Below are positions 34,540 to 48,037 of a DNA stretch of 64,000 bases, piece by piece. Source of the DNA: Entomortierella parvispora E1425 (taxonomy: Eukaryota > Fungi > Mortierellomycota); contig BQFW01000006.1 of the NCBI GenBank assembly GCA_020891255.1, positions 186,001 to 250,000 of the forward strand. Direction: 5' to 3'. The position numbers were made by a program, and so were the translations under genes. Numbering within the stretch: position 1 is the stretch's first letter; each line of letters starts with the position of its first letter. Below the pieces are notes generated by a model. That model was not told the origin of the DNA and made no database searches. It saw only the letters and a list, made by a program, of their open reading frames with translations.

Positions 34540-36200
34540 ACGCGTCCATGATCCGACGAACGAGATCAACGACGACAGCGCCACGACTCCAGGCGGGAAC
34601 CATTGGATCTTGAGCTTTCTTTTAGAGGCATTCAATTGCTTTTCAGTCTGTGCCTCTCTTTTTTTGCGCGAGATAAAATTCAACAGCCAGAAAGGACTCC
34701 AACAACAAGAAAGGACTCCAGCAGTCCGTTCATTGACTCCTGGAGAGACCATTCGGATGCAGTCCAGAATGTGGTTGAGCATAATGGGAGGAGTACTGTC
34801 TACAAAGGCAGGCTTGACTGCATATGGAGTGGTGGGCAACAACTCAGGCGAGGCTCTGGCTTACAAAATAAAAAATATAGAATAAATTATTCTTGGAAAA
34901 AAAAAGAGTCTGAAAAATGACCTTCATTTCGAACGCGAAAAACATTTGCAGGCTGTTGTCCACATTTCAACTTTTCCTCTTGCATCACATTCATCCACAT
35001 CGCATTCATCCACCTTCAACCTCAACAATGTCCAGTCCAGGTAGTGAAAGCTCCTCCTCCTCGTCTGGACGCCGGGGAAACGGTGCTGATTTAGTGCGCT
35101 TTCTCAGTCGACTCTCATATCGCCACCCGGAATTGACCTTGGGTTTCAAAGGGTGTCCTCCTGCTAGACACCCATAACAGAGGTTCCCTGTCAGGATGAG
35201 CACACCCAACTGGGGATTCCTTTTTTTTATGAACTAGGAAGTAGGACCTCAGGATTTTGATCGTATCTAGTACCTGACAGCTCTCGACCCTGCAAGTGAT
35301 CGCCAAGAGTCTCGTCTACCGGGATAGGGAAGGGGTGGTTCGTGTTCTTGAGTCCAGCAATCTACCGGAACTTCAACAAGCTGGTTATGGTGTAACTCGC
35401 GAATGAGTCTCAAAGAAATCTGCTATTGAGAGCTTTTGGACTAAGTCTTTGCCGATGGAGGAACTTAAAAGCCGAGTTTCACCTGTCCATTGTGAAAAGC
35501 TTTTTGGTCTGCCTCAGTGTCTTCAGAATGATCCTTTATGACGACTGGATTGAACTGCAGCATTTGAAGGATCGTCCACAACTCACTTTCCCCAAAGATC
35601 ATGCCTTTCAAGAGCCGGTCACTGTAGAAGGCGGAGAAGCCCTGTCTCTAGTTTGTTCGTTTTGCAAAAGTGACATTTGGAACCGGCACCACTTAATTTG
35701 CAACAATGGCGGCGTCCATCCCCGCACCTCAAAGCGCCCTTACTTGCTGTGCCTGGAATGCTTTGCTAGGGGAAGGGGTGGCCCGCACAGGGCCACATCC
35801 TGTACCGAGATTCATGTGAGCTGATTCCGGATGCCTTCCGGGTGTGGTAAACTGTGACGACTTCTATTATGGAGGGAGAGAAAGGCAGAAGTATCATTCC
35901 TAACAACATAACCTGTTATATTGATACAGGGAGCGCATGTACCGGAAAGTCCTCTCGCCATTCGTGGTCCAAGACTTGTCTGAGGCATATTGGGGACGAA
36001 AATCCTGGCGACTTCTCATGGAGCTTCTTGAAGACCAGGACAACATCTTTATGATCGATGGTGAAAAGGTGGGCTTTAAAACGCCGGAACAATGGGCGAC
36101 AATGGAAACCAGACACGAAGACGCCAAGGAAGGTGATTGGGCGAAAGGTTGATCTGATTGCAGGACCAAATGGGCTGGATGATCGTCGAGAGGATGAAAA
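34540..36200 (+). pseudogene. Fragmented gene remnant including a Cys/His zinc-finger-like segment
   Basis: CSFCKSDIWNRHHLIC...CLECFARGRG..H among protein-like segments broken by stops and frameshifts. Confidence 0.4.
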
Positions 36201-36409
36201 AGTGGGATGAAAGTGTTCAACAAGTTCTTGAAAGAATCGAGCTCTGATCTTTTCCGCGAGACGTATACCATAATGGCGAATAGGCTACAGGACACCATGA
36301 ATGGGAGTTTCAAGGATAAAGCCCACTTCTTCGGAATTTACGCAGGGAGGTTAGTGTGGCCTGATGGACTCAAAAATAAATGAGTGCGCGCAAATCCCAT
36401 GTAACCTTG

Positions 36410-36593
36410 CGAAAGTTGGTCAATTGCAAAATTCAAAGGGTTCTTGTGCCCTACGAAGCCCTACATGCCTCCAAAGATACATTGGAGGTTCGCGTGTTGC
36501 TCGCTTGATTTTCCCCTGCAATAATTGCAAAGATGACCAAATCTCGGGGAAACGAGAATTCTTTGCAATTAAAATTAGGCAGGTTTGACTGTA
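36410..36593. mobile_element. Possible solo end of a Tc1/pogo-type DNA transposon
   Basis: The reverse complement reads TA|CAGTCAAACCTGCC..., with internal inverted AATTGCAAAG/CTTTGCAATT repeats. No partner TIR was found. Confidence 0.3.
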
Positions 36594-37317
36594 TCGACAG
36601 TGACTTGTCGACGGAGGAGTCATGGATGCGCCTAGCAAGGGAGACATCGCAGCATAGGATGGGACGTGTTGTGCACCACATGCATGAGATGAAGAGCTCA
36701 ATTGCTTTTGCGTTCGCCCTGTGCACAAGCAGAGGCATGGGCACAGGAGGTACGTACTCTTGTTCATTATTCACCCATTCACCCGCTTACTTCACTTTGC
36801 CACCAACGCGACCACTCCAAGGGCAAGCACGACAGAGAATGCAGCAGAGAGGAAGAGAGAGAGAGTGAGCACGCACCTTGCCACGTGCGAGTCGGTGGGG
36901 GGTTGTCCACCGTCCGTTCTCTTCAAGTCTCTCCTCTCGTTCGTTTTCTTATCTCCCCTTTGCAGTCAGAACGGGAACCCTTGGCTCTCTCATCACTCAC
37001 TCACTCGCGCTCTCTCCTCTCAACGGTGTCCTCCTCCTCCTCCAGTCAGGCGACCGAGAGCAAGACAAGAGCAAACACAAAGTCGAAAGAAAGGGAGGAG
37101 AGACCAACCTATTCGAGCCACGAGAGCACCGCACTCGTCCTCGCCCGTCCACATTCGTTGTTTGCCCTGTCCAACCCAACTCCCTACAACCACTTTGTCC
37201 AACTGCCTCCTTTTTTCGCCCTCGTTCGTCTCGCTCTCTTTCGATTTCGCCTTTGTCTTTCTTCGTTCATCTTCCCAGCGACCTCTTTTGTCTTTTGTCT
37301 TTGTCCCTGTGTACTGT

Positions 37318-37349
<32 letters not shown>

Positions 37350-37482
37350 TTTCTCCTTCCTTCCTTCCTTCTTTCCTCTCTTCCCTTCCTCTTTCTGTTC
37401 TTCTACTCTTCCTCTTCTTCTTCTTCTTCTTCCTCTTACTCCACACTCCCTTCTCGTCCTTCTTCCCCGCCATCCAGTCGAA

Positions 37483-40416
37483 ATGGATCAACCTCAATTA
37501 GACCAGACGCCCATAATCATCGAGGACGACATTCCATCCGAGTCCATCGGTGACAGCGGCAACAACCTCACCATGATGGACGCAAACCCTTCCTCCGTCT
37601 TTACCGATACCCTCTCTTCCTTCTCCTCCGGTCACTCCAGTCTCTTTGGCGGCAACAACAATGCAAACAACAACCTCTCGACCTTCTCCTCCTCGACCTC
37701 GGCTTCCTCGAGAAGAGGCTCGATGCAGGCCGCCAAAGTCGAGGTCCGCGAGACCCTGGACGCGTGCTTGACCGAGAACAAGGATGGCTACACGCAACTG
37801 AAGCAATACATCCTCAAGGGCGTCATCGGTCAGGGTGCCTTTGGCAAGGTGCACTTTGCTGTGGACGAAAACACTGGTGTGGGCTATGTAAGTCATGTTT
37901 CTCCTCTCTTTCCCCCCTTCTTTATCCTCCTCTGTCTTTCATGGATGCTCGGCGTTCTTGGATAAACACATTGCCACAGGACAAGGAGGATGCGCGATCA
38001 GTTGATCGTGGTCAAGACAATAACAAAACGACAACACTCAAGCGGGATACAATTATGGCAGCAGGACAAACAGTTTGCCTAAAGGAAAGAAAAAAAAAAG
38101 AATCCACGGGCCCTGATATTTCTTAAACTAACTTTTTTTGTCTGTGTGTGTGTGTTTGTTGAAACAGGCTGTCAAAGAGTTTAGCAAGTCCAAGCTTCGG
38201 AAAAAGGACAAGGCCAATCTCTTCAAGCTTGGACCTCGTGGTCGCGGACGTGGTCGCAGAGGTCCTGATGCGCCCAGTCCTACACCCGAGTCTTCTCCTC
38301 TGGACTTGATCCGAGGTGAGATTGCCATCCTAAAGAAGCTGCACCACCCCAACATTGTCAAGCTGTACGAGGTCCTGGACTTGGCTCAAGACGACTCGAT
38401 GTATATGGGTATGTGTAAATTTTATTTCTTTCCTTCTTTCTTTCTTTCATTTTTTTGGTCCTGGGAAAAAACAAAGTTTATACGAAAAGACTCTCTCAGG
38501 AGAGCAAAATGGCGAACATGCATAAGGAGTTCATCCGTTCACTGCGCTTTGGAGGAATGGTGTCACTAACCAGCTTGTTTATCTGCTCTGCGTGGCATGA
38601 TCTCTTTTTTGCAATTTTTTTCTTCGTCCTACCTTGACCAGTCTTTGAGTGGTGCGAAAAGGGCGTGTTGATGCCGGTGTCTCTTAGGGAAAAGTATGAG
38701 CCTGTCTTTTCCGACGCAGAATGCCGCGATGTGTTCCAGCAAATGATCCTCGGCATCGAATATCGTACGTATCCCTCTCCTCGTGTGATCCTTCATGGCG
38801 CTCTTACTGCATAACGATGGAAGAACCAAACCCAAAGTCTCACATGAAACTGTCCTCTGTCACTGCTAGTCCATGAGCACGACATCATTCACCGCGACAT
38901 CAAACCCGATAATTTGCTCCGCTCCCACGATGGCACTGTCAAGATTGTGGACTTTGGCGTTTCTGAAATGTTTGACAAGAAGGGCGATGATTTGACCAAA
39001 AAGTCTGCAGGAAGTCCAGCCTTTATGGCGCCAGAACTCTGTCGTCATGATCACGGCGAGGTGTCTGGAAGGGCGACGGATATTTGGTCGATGGGCGTGA
39101 CGCTGCACTGTCTTCGCTACGGACTTTTGCCCTATGTGTCAGAATCCATTCTCGAGATGCAGCGTGTCATTCGGGAGGAGGAGTTGAATTTGTCAGATGA
39201 GAAGGACGAGCGGTTCGCCACCTTGATGCACCAGCTCTTGGAGAAGGACCCTTTGAAGCGTATCACCATTGACCAGTTGCGCGTAAGTTTTTTTTATATA
39301 CATTTTTAATCCTTTTTTTTTTGCGTGGGTCCAGTGGTTTTTAGGCGACAGCGTGATCAATGCCATGCCTGACTCTTTTATTTTTTCGAAAAACTCTATA
39401 GGTTGATCCATGGGTGACCAACGATGGACAGGTTCCTTTGATCTCCAAGGAAGAAAACATCATCAATGCTGTTACTGAAGTCACAGAGGAAGAACTCCGC
39501 GGTGCTTTCCAAAAGATTGGCGGCCTGGCCACTGTGGTAAGTATTTCTTTTTACAATATATGTAATATCTTCCTGCACAAAGGTTTTGAGATGCTTATGT
39601 CCGCTTTGATGTTCATTGTCATGGTAGTTCAAGGCAATCACAAAGTTCAAGCGAGGCATCAAAACTTCCTCGAACCGCTCTGCTACATCTTCTCCAGTCC
39701 TGGATAGTCAAAAGAGCGCCGTGTCAGAATCTGAACGCATGCAGGATGCTGATGAGGATGTTACACCTACCTCCACTTTGGTTCAATCAATCACCGCCAC
39801 TGCTGAGATAACCTCAACCCCGGTCGCGGAACCACCAATGCTTGTGAACGAAGCCCTTGAGACGGCTGTGGAGCATGTTGCATTGGATGACGAGAAGCCA
39901 GCTGCGCCTGAAGAACCTACAGCTGCCTCTGATCCAGAGTCATCAACCCCTGTTGTTGCAGAGGAGAATGTCATCCATGCGGCTGTGGAGGCTGCTCAGG
40001 AGACACCCAAGGAGGAAAAGGAGGACGAGGGACCAGCAGGATACCAGGTCTGTGACATGGAGTCGGGTCTGTGCTATTGGGTTCCAGCAGCCAAGAAGGT
40101 CAAAAGCACACCTTCTCCACCTCCCGCCGAACCTGTAGTTACCCCTGCTGTTGTCGTTGAATCGGTTGCACCAGCCGAGGAAGAGACCAAGCCTGTATCC
40201 ACAGCAAGCACAGCACCATCGTCATCAAATGAGACTGCCGCAGACACTCACGAGAACTCGACAGGTTTGAGCCATCATAGTACATTGTCGTCTCCAAGTC
40301 AGGGCAATGGCTCAACTTCACGATCATCCTCACCCACGCGATCCTTGACGCCCGGACCACGGTTGGTGGGCAAGCTGTCGAGGGAGCGTTTTGCCATGTT
40401 TGAGAAAACGTCCTAA
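37483..40416 (+). CDS. CaMKK/Ssp1/Sak1-like Ser/Thr protein kinase, multi-exon, with an acidic disordered C-terminus
   Basis: IGQGAFGKV; A(V)KEFSKSKLRK plus RP-rich insert; EIAILKKLHHPNIVKL; HRDIKPDN; DFG; GSPAFMAPE; DIWSMGVTL. Confidence 0.92.
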
Positions 40417-41134
40417 GAAATCAAAACCTCATCTTTGGACCCTTTGCCTTTTACCACACAAACAATAAATAGTTCATTATAACGACTATGGAGGGTTTGC
40501 TTTAAAAAAGGCTATGGTATTTGTATTCGCGATATGTACAGATGGAAGAGTTGGATTATGAAGAAATGAGAGGTAGCAACAAAAAAAACAAAAAAAAAGG
40601 AAACAAAAAAAACGTGAGGTGATATAGATATATGCAAAGGGCGGAGAGGGTTGATGCTGTTGAGAGAGTCAATGTGAGAAGATGCTATGTTAAGATAGGC
40701 AATAGGTATGAGGGGGTAAATGGAGCCAGAGGAGGAGGAGGAAGTTTGAAGGGGATGGGGGGGCTGCATTGAATGGGAGTCCGAGATAAAGAAGACTGCC
40801 AAGGATCGAGTTGAATCGCGATAAAAAAGAGAAAAAGAGAGAGAAAAAAAAAGTGGAAAGAAGGACGAGTGCGACCCGTTGAATGGGTCCTTCTCAATCC
40901 CTTTTGTCCTTGAGGAGGTTGTTGTTGTTCTTGTAGATATCATGATCACGGTCGCGTTCTTTCTTTTTGGGGGGGGGGGAGGGTGTTTTTCCTTTTGATT
41001 TTTTTTTTTTTTTTTTTGGTCGCTTGTCATTTCGTCATGGTGTGCATGCTCTTGTGTCCGTCCTGTCCAAATTCAAAACAAGCCCAGCGTTCTCCTGGTT
41101 TGACTTGTCCTGCCGCCGATGCCGTCTTGTCATT

Positions 41135-43194
41135 TTAGTACAAGACGCGGGTGACAATGTTGGTGGGGGTTTCGCTGACACGTCTGTAAATTTCCTGGAT
41201 CTGTTCGGGCGTCACGTCCGAGATATCGGCCATCAAGTACGCAATCTTGCCCTTGGAATCCGAAAACTGCTTGTCGACGTTATGTTCGGCCAAGATGTTG
41301 GTGATCCGCAACAGCACTCCGGGGACGTTCATGTGGGTGTAGCACAGACGGATCGAGTTTTCCTCATCGCGGATGGCTCTCAGGTCGACTTCAGGGAAGT
41401 TGACCGCGCCGATGGACGTGCCCGAGTTGATAAACTTGATCAGGGCCTGCGAGACCTCGACACCGATCATGGACTGGGCTTCCTCGGTCGAGCCGCCAAT
41501 GTGGGGGGTCAGCAAGGTGTTGGGGCAGCCGACCAATTCCGATTCAAAGAAGGGACCGTTCGCGGCAGGCTCCTTGGGGAACACATCCACGGCGGCACCG
41601 CCCAAGTGACCGGAGCGTAAGGCCTTGGCCAACGCTGGGATCTGGACCACGGTGCCACGGGAGGCATTGATCAAGTAGGCGCCTTGCTTCATCTTGGCGA
41701 GCTCGGCCTCACCAATCATGTTCTTGGTCTCTTCGGTCTCGGGGACGTGGAGGGTGATGAAGTCCGAGAGCTCGAGCAATTCATCGAGCGTGTGGACTTG
41801 CTTGCTGGTGCCCAGGGGCATCAAGGGCACAACGTCGTGGAAAAAGACGCGCATGCCCATGGATTCTGCAAGGACAGAGAGCTGGGATCCAATGTGACCA
41901 TAACCGACGATGCCTATTTAAAGAAAGTCGTAAACTCTGGTTAGTACATTTGAAGTAGGGTGGGTACATGGAAGAGGGAACAGAAAACCCGAAAAGAAAC
42001 ATGGATCAAAAAAGAAGAAAAAGAAGTAAAGGAAGGAAACACAAGACCACAGCTACGAGGGTTTTGATTTTTCCTGTTGTGGTTGTTGTTGTTCTGCCCA
42101 ACCTACTCCTCGTCCCCCTTTCTTGATCTTATCTCTGTTGATATTCAACCCACATGCATGTAGCACATAGGGTCAGCCCTGATCACCATGCCCAAATAAC
42201 AATGCAGCCAAAAATAATAATAAAAAAAAAAAACTTACCAAGAGTCTTTCCACGGATCTCATAACAGTTGGCCGACACCTTTTGCCACACGCCCTGATGC
42301 ATCTCTCGGCTGCGATCGCCCAGCTGTCTCGACAAGAGGACAATCTCGGCCAAGACCAACTCGGCGACCGATCTCGAGTTGGAAAAGGGCGAGTTGAAGA
42401 CAGCAATGCCCTTCTGGGCCGCGACCTCCAGATCGACCTGGTTGGTGCCGATGCAGAAACAACCAATGACGCCCAGCTTCTCGGCCGCTTCCAACACCTT
42501 CTTGGTGAGCTTGGTCTTGGAACGGATGCCGATACAATGCACATCGCGGATCTTTTCGATCAAGACGTCTTCTGGCAGGGCCTTGACATGAGCCTCGACC
42601 TATTAACAAAAACAAAAAAAAAAAATGTTTGTTATTGGGGTGTGTTCATGTCTTTTTTTTTTTTTTTTTGTTTTGAGAAGTGAAATGAAATGAGGTGGTG
42701 CCTTTTTTTTTAAAAGGGGAAGATCAAGGGAGAGAAAAGCGAAAAAGGGCAAGGGATAGGATGGACAAGGAGAGAGCTTATTTGTGGGGCGCCCTTTGTT
42801 TATCCCTTGCATTAGCTGCTTTGTTTGCCATTCATGGCACCGGGCTTCGGCAAAACAAGGTCAAGTTGCACAACAACGTGGCGAGAAGGAGCAAGGAAGG
42901 AAGGAAGAAGGAAGAGCCTTGGTGATGGCAGAAACATGTCATGCCATGCCATGCCATGCTATATCATGTCATCTCAATTCCCCAGAGGCGATGACAAGGG
43001 ACACAAGTTCGAAAAGAATGAAGGGAGAGAACCAGCCCGATATTTCGCTGGAACAAAAATAAGAAGGCGGACAAACCGCAAAAAGGCAAAGGGGCAAAGG
43101 AGAGGAAGAAGAACGTCGTAGATCGGAGGATGGACCCATTTTGTTCGACAATCGATCCTTCCTCTTGAATATCGAGTCCTGGTTCGTTCGCTCT

Positions 43195-43228
<34 letters not shown>

Positions 43229-43993
43229 CCCCCTTCCTCTTCCTTTCCTTTCTTCCTCCGCTTGCTCAATGATCAACGATCATTCTGAACATATCTTTTC
43301 GGTTTATCCGTCTTGGGGGTTTTTTTCTTATCTGGCTTGGCTGTTCCTTTTTTTTTTGCATTGTTCACTGTTGAAATGGTCTGACTCCCCTCATTTTTTT
43401 TTTTTGGGCCTTTGTTATTGTTGTTGATGTTGTTTTCCCTTAGCGTGCTTTTCATTCTTCACAAGGAGGCCGCGATGTGGAGTCATCATTCCATCTTCAA
43501 CAACAAAAAGAGAAAAAAAAAAATAGCCCATCCCTTTTTTTTTTTTTTTTTTGTGATGATTGATTTTTTTTTTTTTGTGTACCTGATAGCCTTGATCTCG
43601 GAGGGCCGTGACAGCAGTCTCGTTGACGTTTTCCAACAGCAAGATCTTGATATTGGCGGTGTTGAAGGGTTTCAAGATCTTGACCTTGTTGGATCCACCG
43701 AACGAGCCCTGACGTTCTCGTACAGAGACGGGTGTGCCCTCGTTGGTAGGAGGGACATTGTTGTTGCCGGTGATTTGTTGGACCGGGGTCGAAGGAATTG
43801 ACATGGAGGGCATGACTCTGGTGGTGAAATAAGATGATGAAGTAGCAGTAGTAGTAGTAGCAGCAGTAGAAGTAGGGGTCCCTGGAGTTCGAATGGACGA
43901 AAGAGTGTTGCTGTTGTTGGTAGAGTGAGAGGAAGAAAAGGTGCGAGGTGGAGAAGAAGGAGCAAAGAGAGCAATTGAAGAAGACAAAGACAT
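41135..43993 (-). CDS. SER3: D-3-phosphoglycerate dehydrogenase with C-terminal ACT domain, multi-exon
   Basis: KILLLENVN, IGIRSKT, GCFCIGTNQVD, NSPFSNSRSVAE, INASRG, LTPHIGGSTEEAQ, ACT domain (HMNVPGVL). Confidence 0.95.
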
Positions 43994-45114
43994 GGTAAGA
44001 TCGCTTTTTAGTTTGCTCGTATTCAAGTGGTTTTTTTTTTTTTTTTTTTTCTTCTTCCAAGACACAAAGGAAGAGATAGATCAATTGATGACAATTGAAG
44101 GGGAATGGCGACGATAGTGGGGAAGGAACAAGACCAAGCTTTTTTGGATCGGGGGTTGGAAAACACAAAAAGAGAATGAATTACAATGGTCGATAGGCTA
44201 TTGTAAAAAAAGGGGATTTGTATCGATTGGATGGAGATTAGGACTGTGCAAAAAAAAAAAAAAGAGGTGAGTAAGAGGGGAAGAAAAAAGAGGACTAAAA
44301 AAAAAATGGTGCCTTTCTTTTTTATCCTTGGAATCTTCCTTTTCACTCCTATCTGTCAGAGTCGCTGTGTCTCTAGCACTGGCTCTCTTTTCTCTCTCTC
44401 CTTCGTTCTATTCCTTTTTTTCTCATTCTCTGTCTGTTCTCTTTCTCGGAGATACGGACGGACGGATGGACAGAAAGAAAGCAAAGGAAGGGAGAGAGAC
44501 CGTTGCTTCCAAGAACACAAAGGCAAATTTGCTTTGTTCGGTGACTGTGATGTCCTTATCAGGTATTTCGTGGGGTAACACTTGAGCGGGCGGAGTTGTT
44601 GTTGGTTGCGTGCCTGTCCTCGATGACGGAAGGAAACAAAGGTCTTTCCACTCACTCACTCACACAGATGGGGAATAGGCTCCGGTAGACAGTGTCCCTG
44701 GTTCATTTTGAGAGGGTCTCGGTGACTCTTTCTGAATGCTCTTCTTTTTTTTTTTCTTCTTGTTTTGCCCCCGCGCAAAGATTCGCATGTGAAGAAGATA
44801 AACTTGCTTCTTTTTCCTTTTTTTTCTTCCTTCCTTACTCCACTTCGTTCTCACATTCATGGTTCTCTTTTTTTTTTGTTTGTGTTGCGCTTTTTGGTTC
44901 CTTACTTTTTTAATAATCAAAAAACCAAGTCTATGAGTACAAAACTGTTGCGAAAAAAATCAATGAAAAATCAAAGTGGTACTTTTGGAGGGGGTGCTAT
45001 CTTTTTTGGGAGTCGAGTTCTTTTTGGATGGGAAGAGAAGAGAGGATACTATACAAAGCAAATGATTGAAAAAAAACAATAGAAGAAAAAAAGAAAAAAG
45101 GGAATCACTTTTTG

Positions 45115-48037
45115 TCAGACTGGTCCAGCCGTGGACGACGCGGCGGACAGACTCACTGCCCCGTCCACCTTTGCGCTGCTGCCACCAGTGGTGGCGGTCT
45201 GCGCACCGTCTCGAAGATCGATCTCCTTGTTCTCGGGAGAGGGCAATGTTTGACCGACCACACAGTTCATCGGTCCATCTTCACTGTCATCGGTCGTCAG
45301 ACAATGTGTCACCGCGACAAGATCTTCGCCATGGTTCGTTTTGTAGTCCATCGCACCTTCCGTCGCACCTTCCGTCGCACCTTGTGGATGCTCCATCACA
45401 GGTAGGGTGGGTCCAGACGCCGCTGCACTAGAGATGGACGATGTTGGACCGGCGGTCGGTCCAGTATGGTCATCATCCATATAGCAATCATCCAAAGGCC
45501 CACATCCCGATCGATCAAATCGAGAACCCACTGGGCCAAACAGACTGCTCGAGGCTTGGTTCCAGTCATAGCGGACATTGCCTCCTGATATCACTGCGGG
45601 TGTACTACTGCGCATTGAGCTCGCACTGGCGGATGGGTGCTCAGTGGAAGTGACCGTGGGTGGGGCCGTGGAGTAATGTCTCGGCATTCCGGGAGGCCGC
45701 ACATGGTCATCCTTGGGGACAGTCTCGCCACCATGGAAGAAGGATGTGTCATTGGGCAGCGGTGTCTTTTCCTCAAGTGTGACACTGGAGGCGCCGGCAG
45801 GGAAAGGATCCGAGGACGAGGTCATGATGGAGAGCTGGTGTGCGAAGGGTATATGCTCTCCACGTGTGGCCCATCCAGGGTCCGCTGTCACCTCCACGTA
45901 ACCATTGCCGTATTCTTGGCGAATACTTGGGTAAATGTTCTCTGTCTGAAGACTACCGTGACGACGTTGTCGGAAGCGGACCTCGGGTGCTTCACAGGTT
46001 TCAACCGAAGGGTTTTGCGCCAGTGCTGCCGTACCTGGAAGAGGAGGCTTTTCGGCGTTTGTGCCAGAGATGGTCGAGAGAGGTGAAGGTTCCCGACTTT
46101 GGTCTTTTGAAGCCGTCTCTGCTCCTGTTGCAGCGGTTGTTGTTGTACCGCTAGTTCTTGTCAAGTTGACAGGTTCCTTGGCCGCTAGGGCCGCCTCGCG
46201 CTTCAGGACTGACACAACCGCTTCTTTGGCCATGGCAGACTTGCCCAAGCCTTGAAGCGATCGAGGGTGAATGTGCAGTCCTTGCAGACAAGACGATAAA
46301 GACCGACCTGATAAAGACCGTTTTATCTTCCGTATTACATGGCCCTGAGATGCCTCCGTGTTGGTCGAATGCCGCAGTCGTCTGTGTGGCGCCCGTTGAG
46401 GCCGAGAGTCATCCAAAACCAAGACACCAGCCGCCACTAATAGAAACAAGAGAAGAAAGATAAATGAAAAGACGGGGTCAGCATAATCAGGAACATTAGG
46501 CTGCTGCATGTCAATCATTTTTTTGTGAGGGGATTATTTCAGAAAAGGTACATACCAGAGACGCGCCGACCTGTGGTGAGGTGAGCAGGCAAAGGTGCAC
46601 TGACAGGTCGATCTGGTGTGGCCACATCAGAGACTGAGTTCTCGGTGCCAGTGAAGGCGGCCACCTTCTGAGCTTTCTGAAGCTCGACCCATTTCTCGCG
46701 GTTTCTCGCCAATGAGATCAAGAATGGTGTGGCCTCGGGCAAGAACTCGACAAAGCTCTCAAAGTAGGGCTGAACCACAAAGTCGCCAAAACCCAGACCG
46801 ATCTGGGGCTGTTGACTTTGGTTGCGGTCCATGTTGGGTGAGACAGGCAGGTCCTGCGCCTTCTCAATATCCCCTTGACGGAAAAACTCCTGAATCACCA
46901 GATCCGACCAGCGTTTGCAAAGGGTCCAGGGCTTGACAGCGTTCGAGATATCGGCGGCGTGCAACAGGCAGTTCAACAGGTTCTGTCGAAGCTCCGGTGT
47001 GAGATCCGAGGGTGATCGCGTGCCCTCCAGGCTGCTTGAGGTCTGGTCAGTGCCTTCCGAGGAAAGAGAGCCCTGAGAGGCATCGGAAGCATCAGAGGCA
47101 GTGGAGCATGTGGAAGATTGGCGGTGGTGATTGTGGCTGTGGTTTACCGGGCACTCGAAGCGCGCGCGCATGGCATCGCGTGCGACCGATGCGACCGTTG
47201 GCTTTTCCGAGGCAACAGTGTCGACTGCGTGGGGGGCAGTGGGCGAGGGGGGGACGCTCTCTGTCTCGGATTCTGAATCGGTGGATTCGCTATCCGAGGT
47301 GCTTGGGGAGGACGAAGGGCTGGAGGTGACCTCGATCAACTGGTTGAGGTTGTTGAGCATGTCATAGTGGAAGGCCATGTCGGTGGCCATGATGGCCTTG
47401 ATCATGGCATCCTTCATGAATGCCTCAGTGGCGTGGTTGCCCTCGGGCAACATTGCTGCCGACGTTTTGGAAATGTTGCGGAAGAGACGGTGCTTGGCCA
47501 CGAGGTCCATGGCAAGAGAGCAAGAGTATTTCTCTAGAACAGAAACTTCACCGTGTTGCTTCACCAACTCGGTCTTGGCATTGACTTGGAAAAGGTTGTT
47601 GAGGCCGGGCTAATTATTGCATTGATTTTAATGACTGTCGTTAGTAAGACGTATTTGAAGAAAGGACGACCATGATCCCGATGTCAGATGTATACACTTA
47701 CATGACCGATATCGTGGCAGAGTCCAGCGAGAAGCAAGGCAGCCATGTCGGGTTTGGAGAGGTATTGGGCGGCGTTCATGTTGGAGAGGATGTTGAAGAG
47801 GACTGCGGTAACATCGGCGGCGTGGTAGAAAGAGTGGTAAAAGGTAGCGAGGTAACCCCGATCGACGTCAATGATGAAGTCGAGAAGCTCGCCTTCTGTG
47901 ATATTGAGGCACTCGACCAAGCCCAGTTTGCTGAACATGGCGAGGATGATGCCGTAGATCTCTGGTAGTGTGTGATCCCAGACATTGAAGTCGAGGCCCA
48001 CTGGCTTGGCCTTTCCAGACAGAAATCTGAGCATCAT
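45115..48037 (-). CDS. Class I cyclic-nucleotide phosphodiesterase-like protein with a long disordered C-terminal tail; start uncertain
   Basis: YHSFYHAADV, HDIGH|PG, ATDMAFH, HAADISNAVKPW, EFFRQGD. Exons about 48037-47705, 47610-46555, 46436-45115, the last joined as RRVS|VAAG. Confidence 0.88.

Noticed and set aside
43690-43993. Ser/Thr-rich N-terminal extension of SER3 with an RQGS kinase-like site
   Set aside because: Disordered N-terminal extensions are ordinary in fungal Ser3/Ser33 proteins.
46437-46518. Apparent transmembrane helix (PVFSFIFLLLFLLV) at the start of ORF 45115-46518
   Set aside because: It is the polypyrimidine tract of an intron. Splicing 46554 to 46436 gives RRVS|VAAG, and nearer acceptors give stops.
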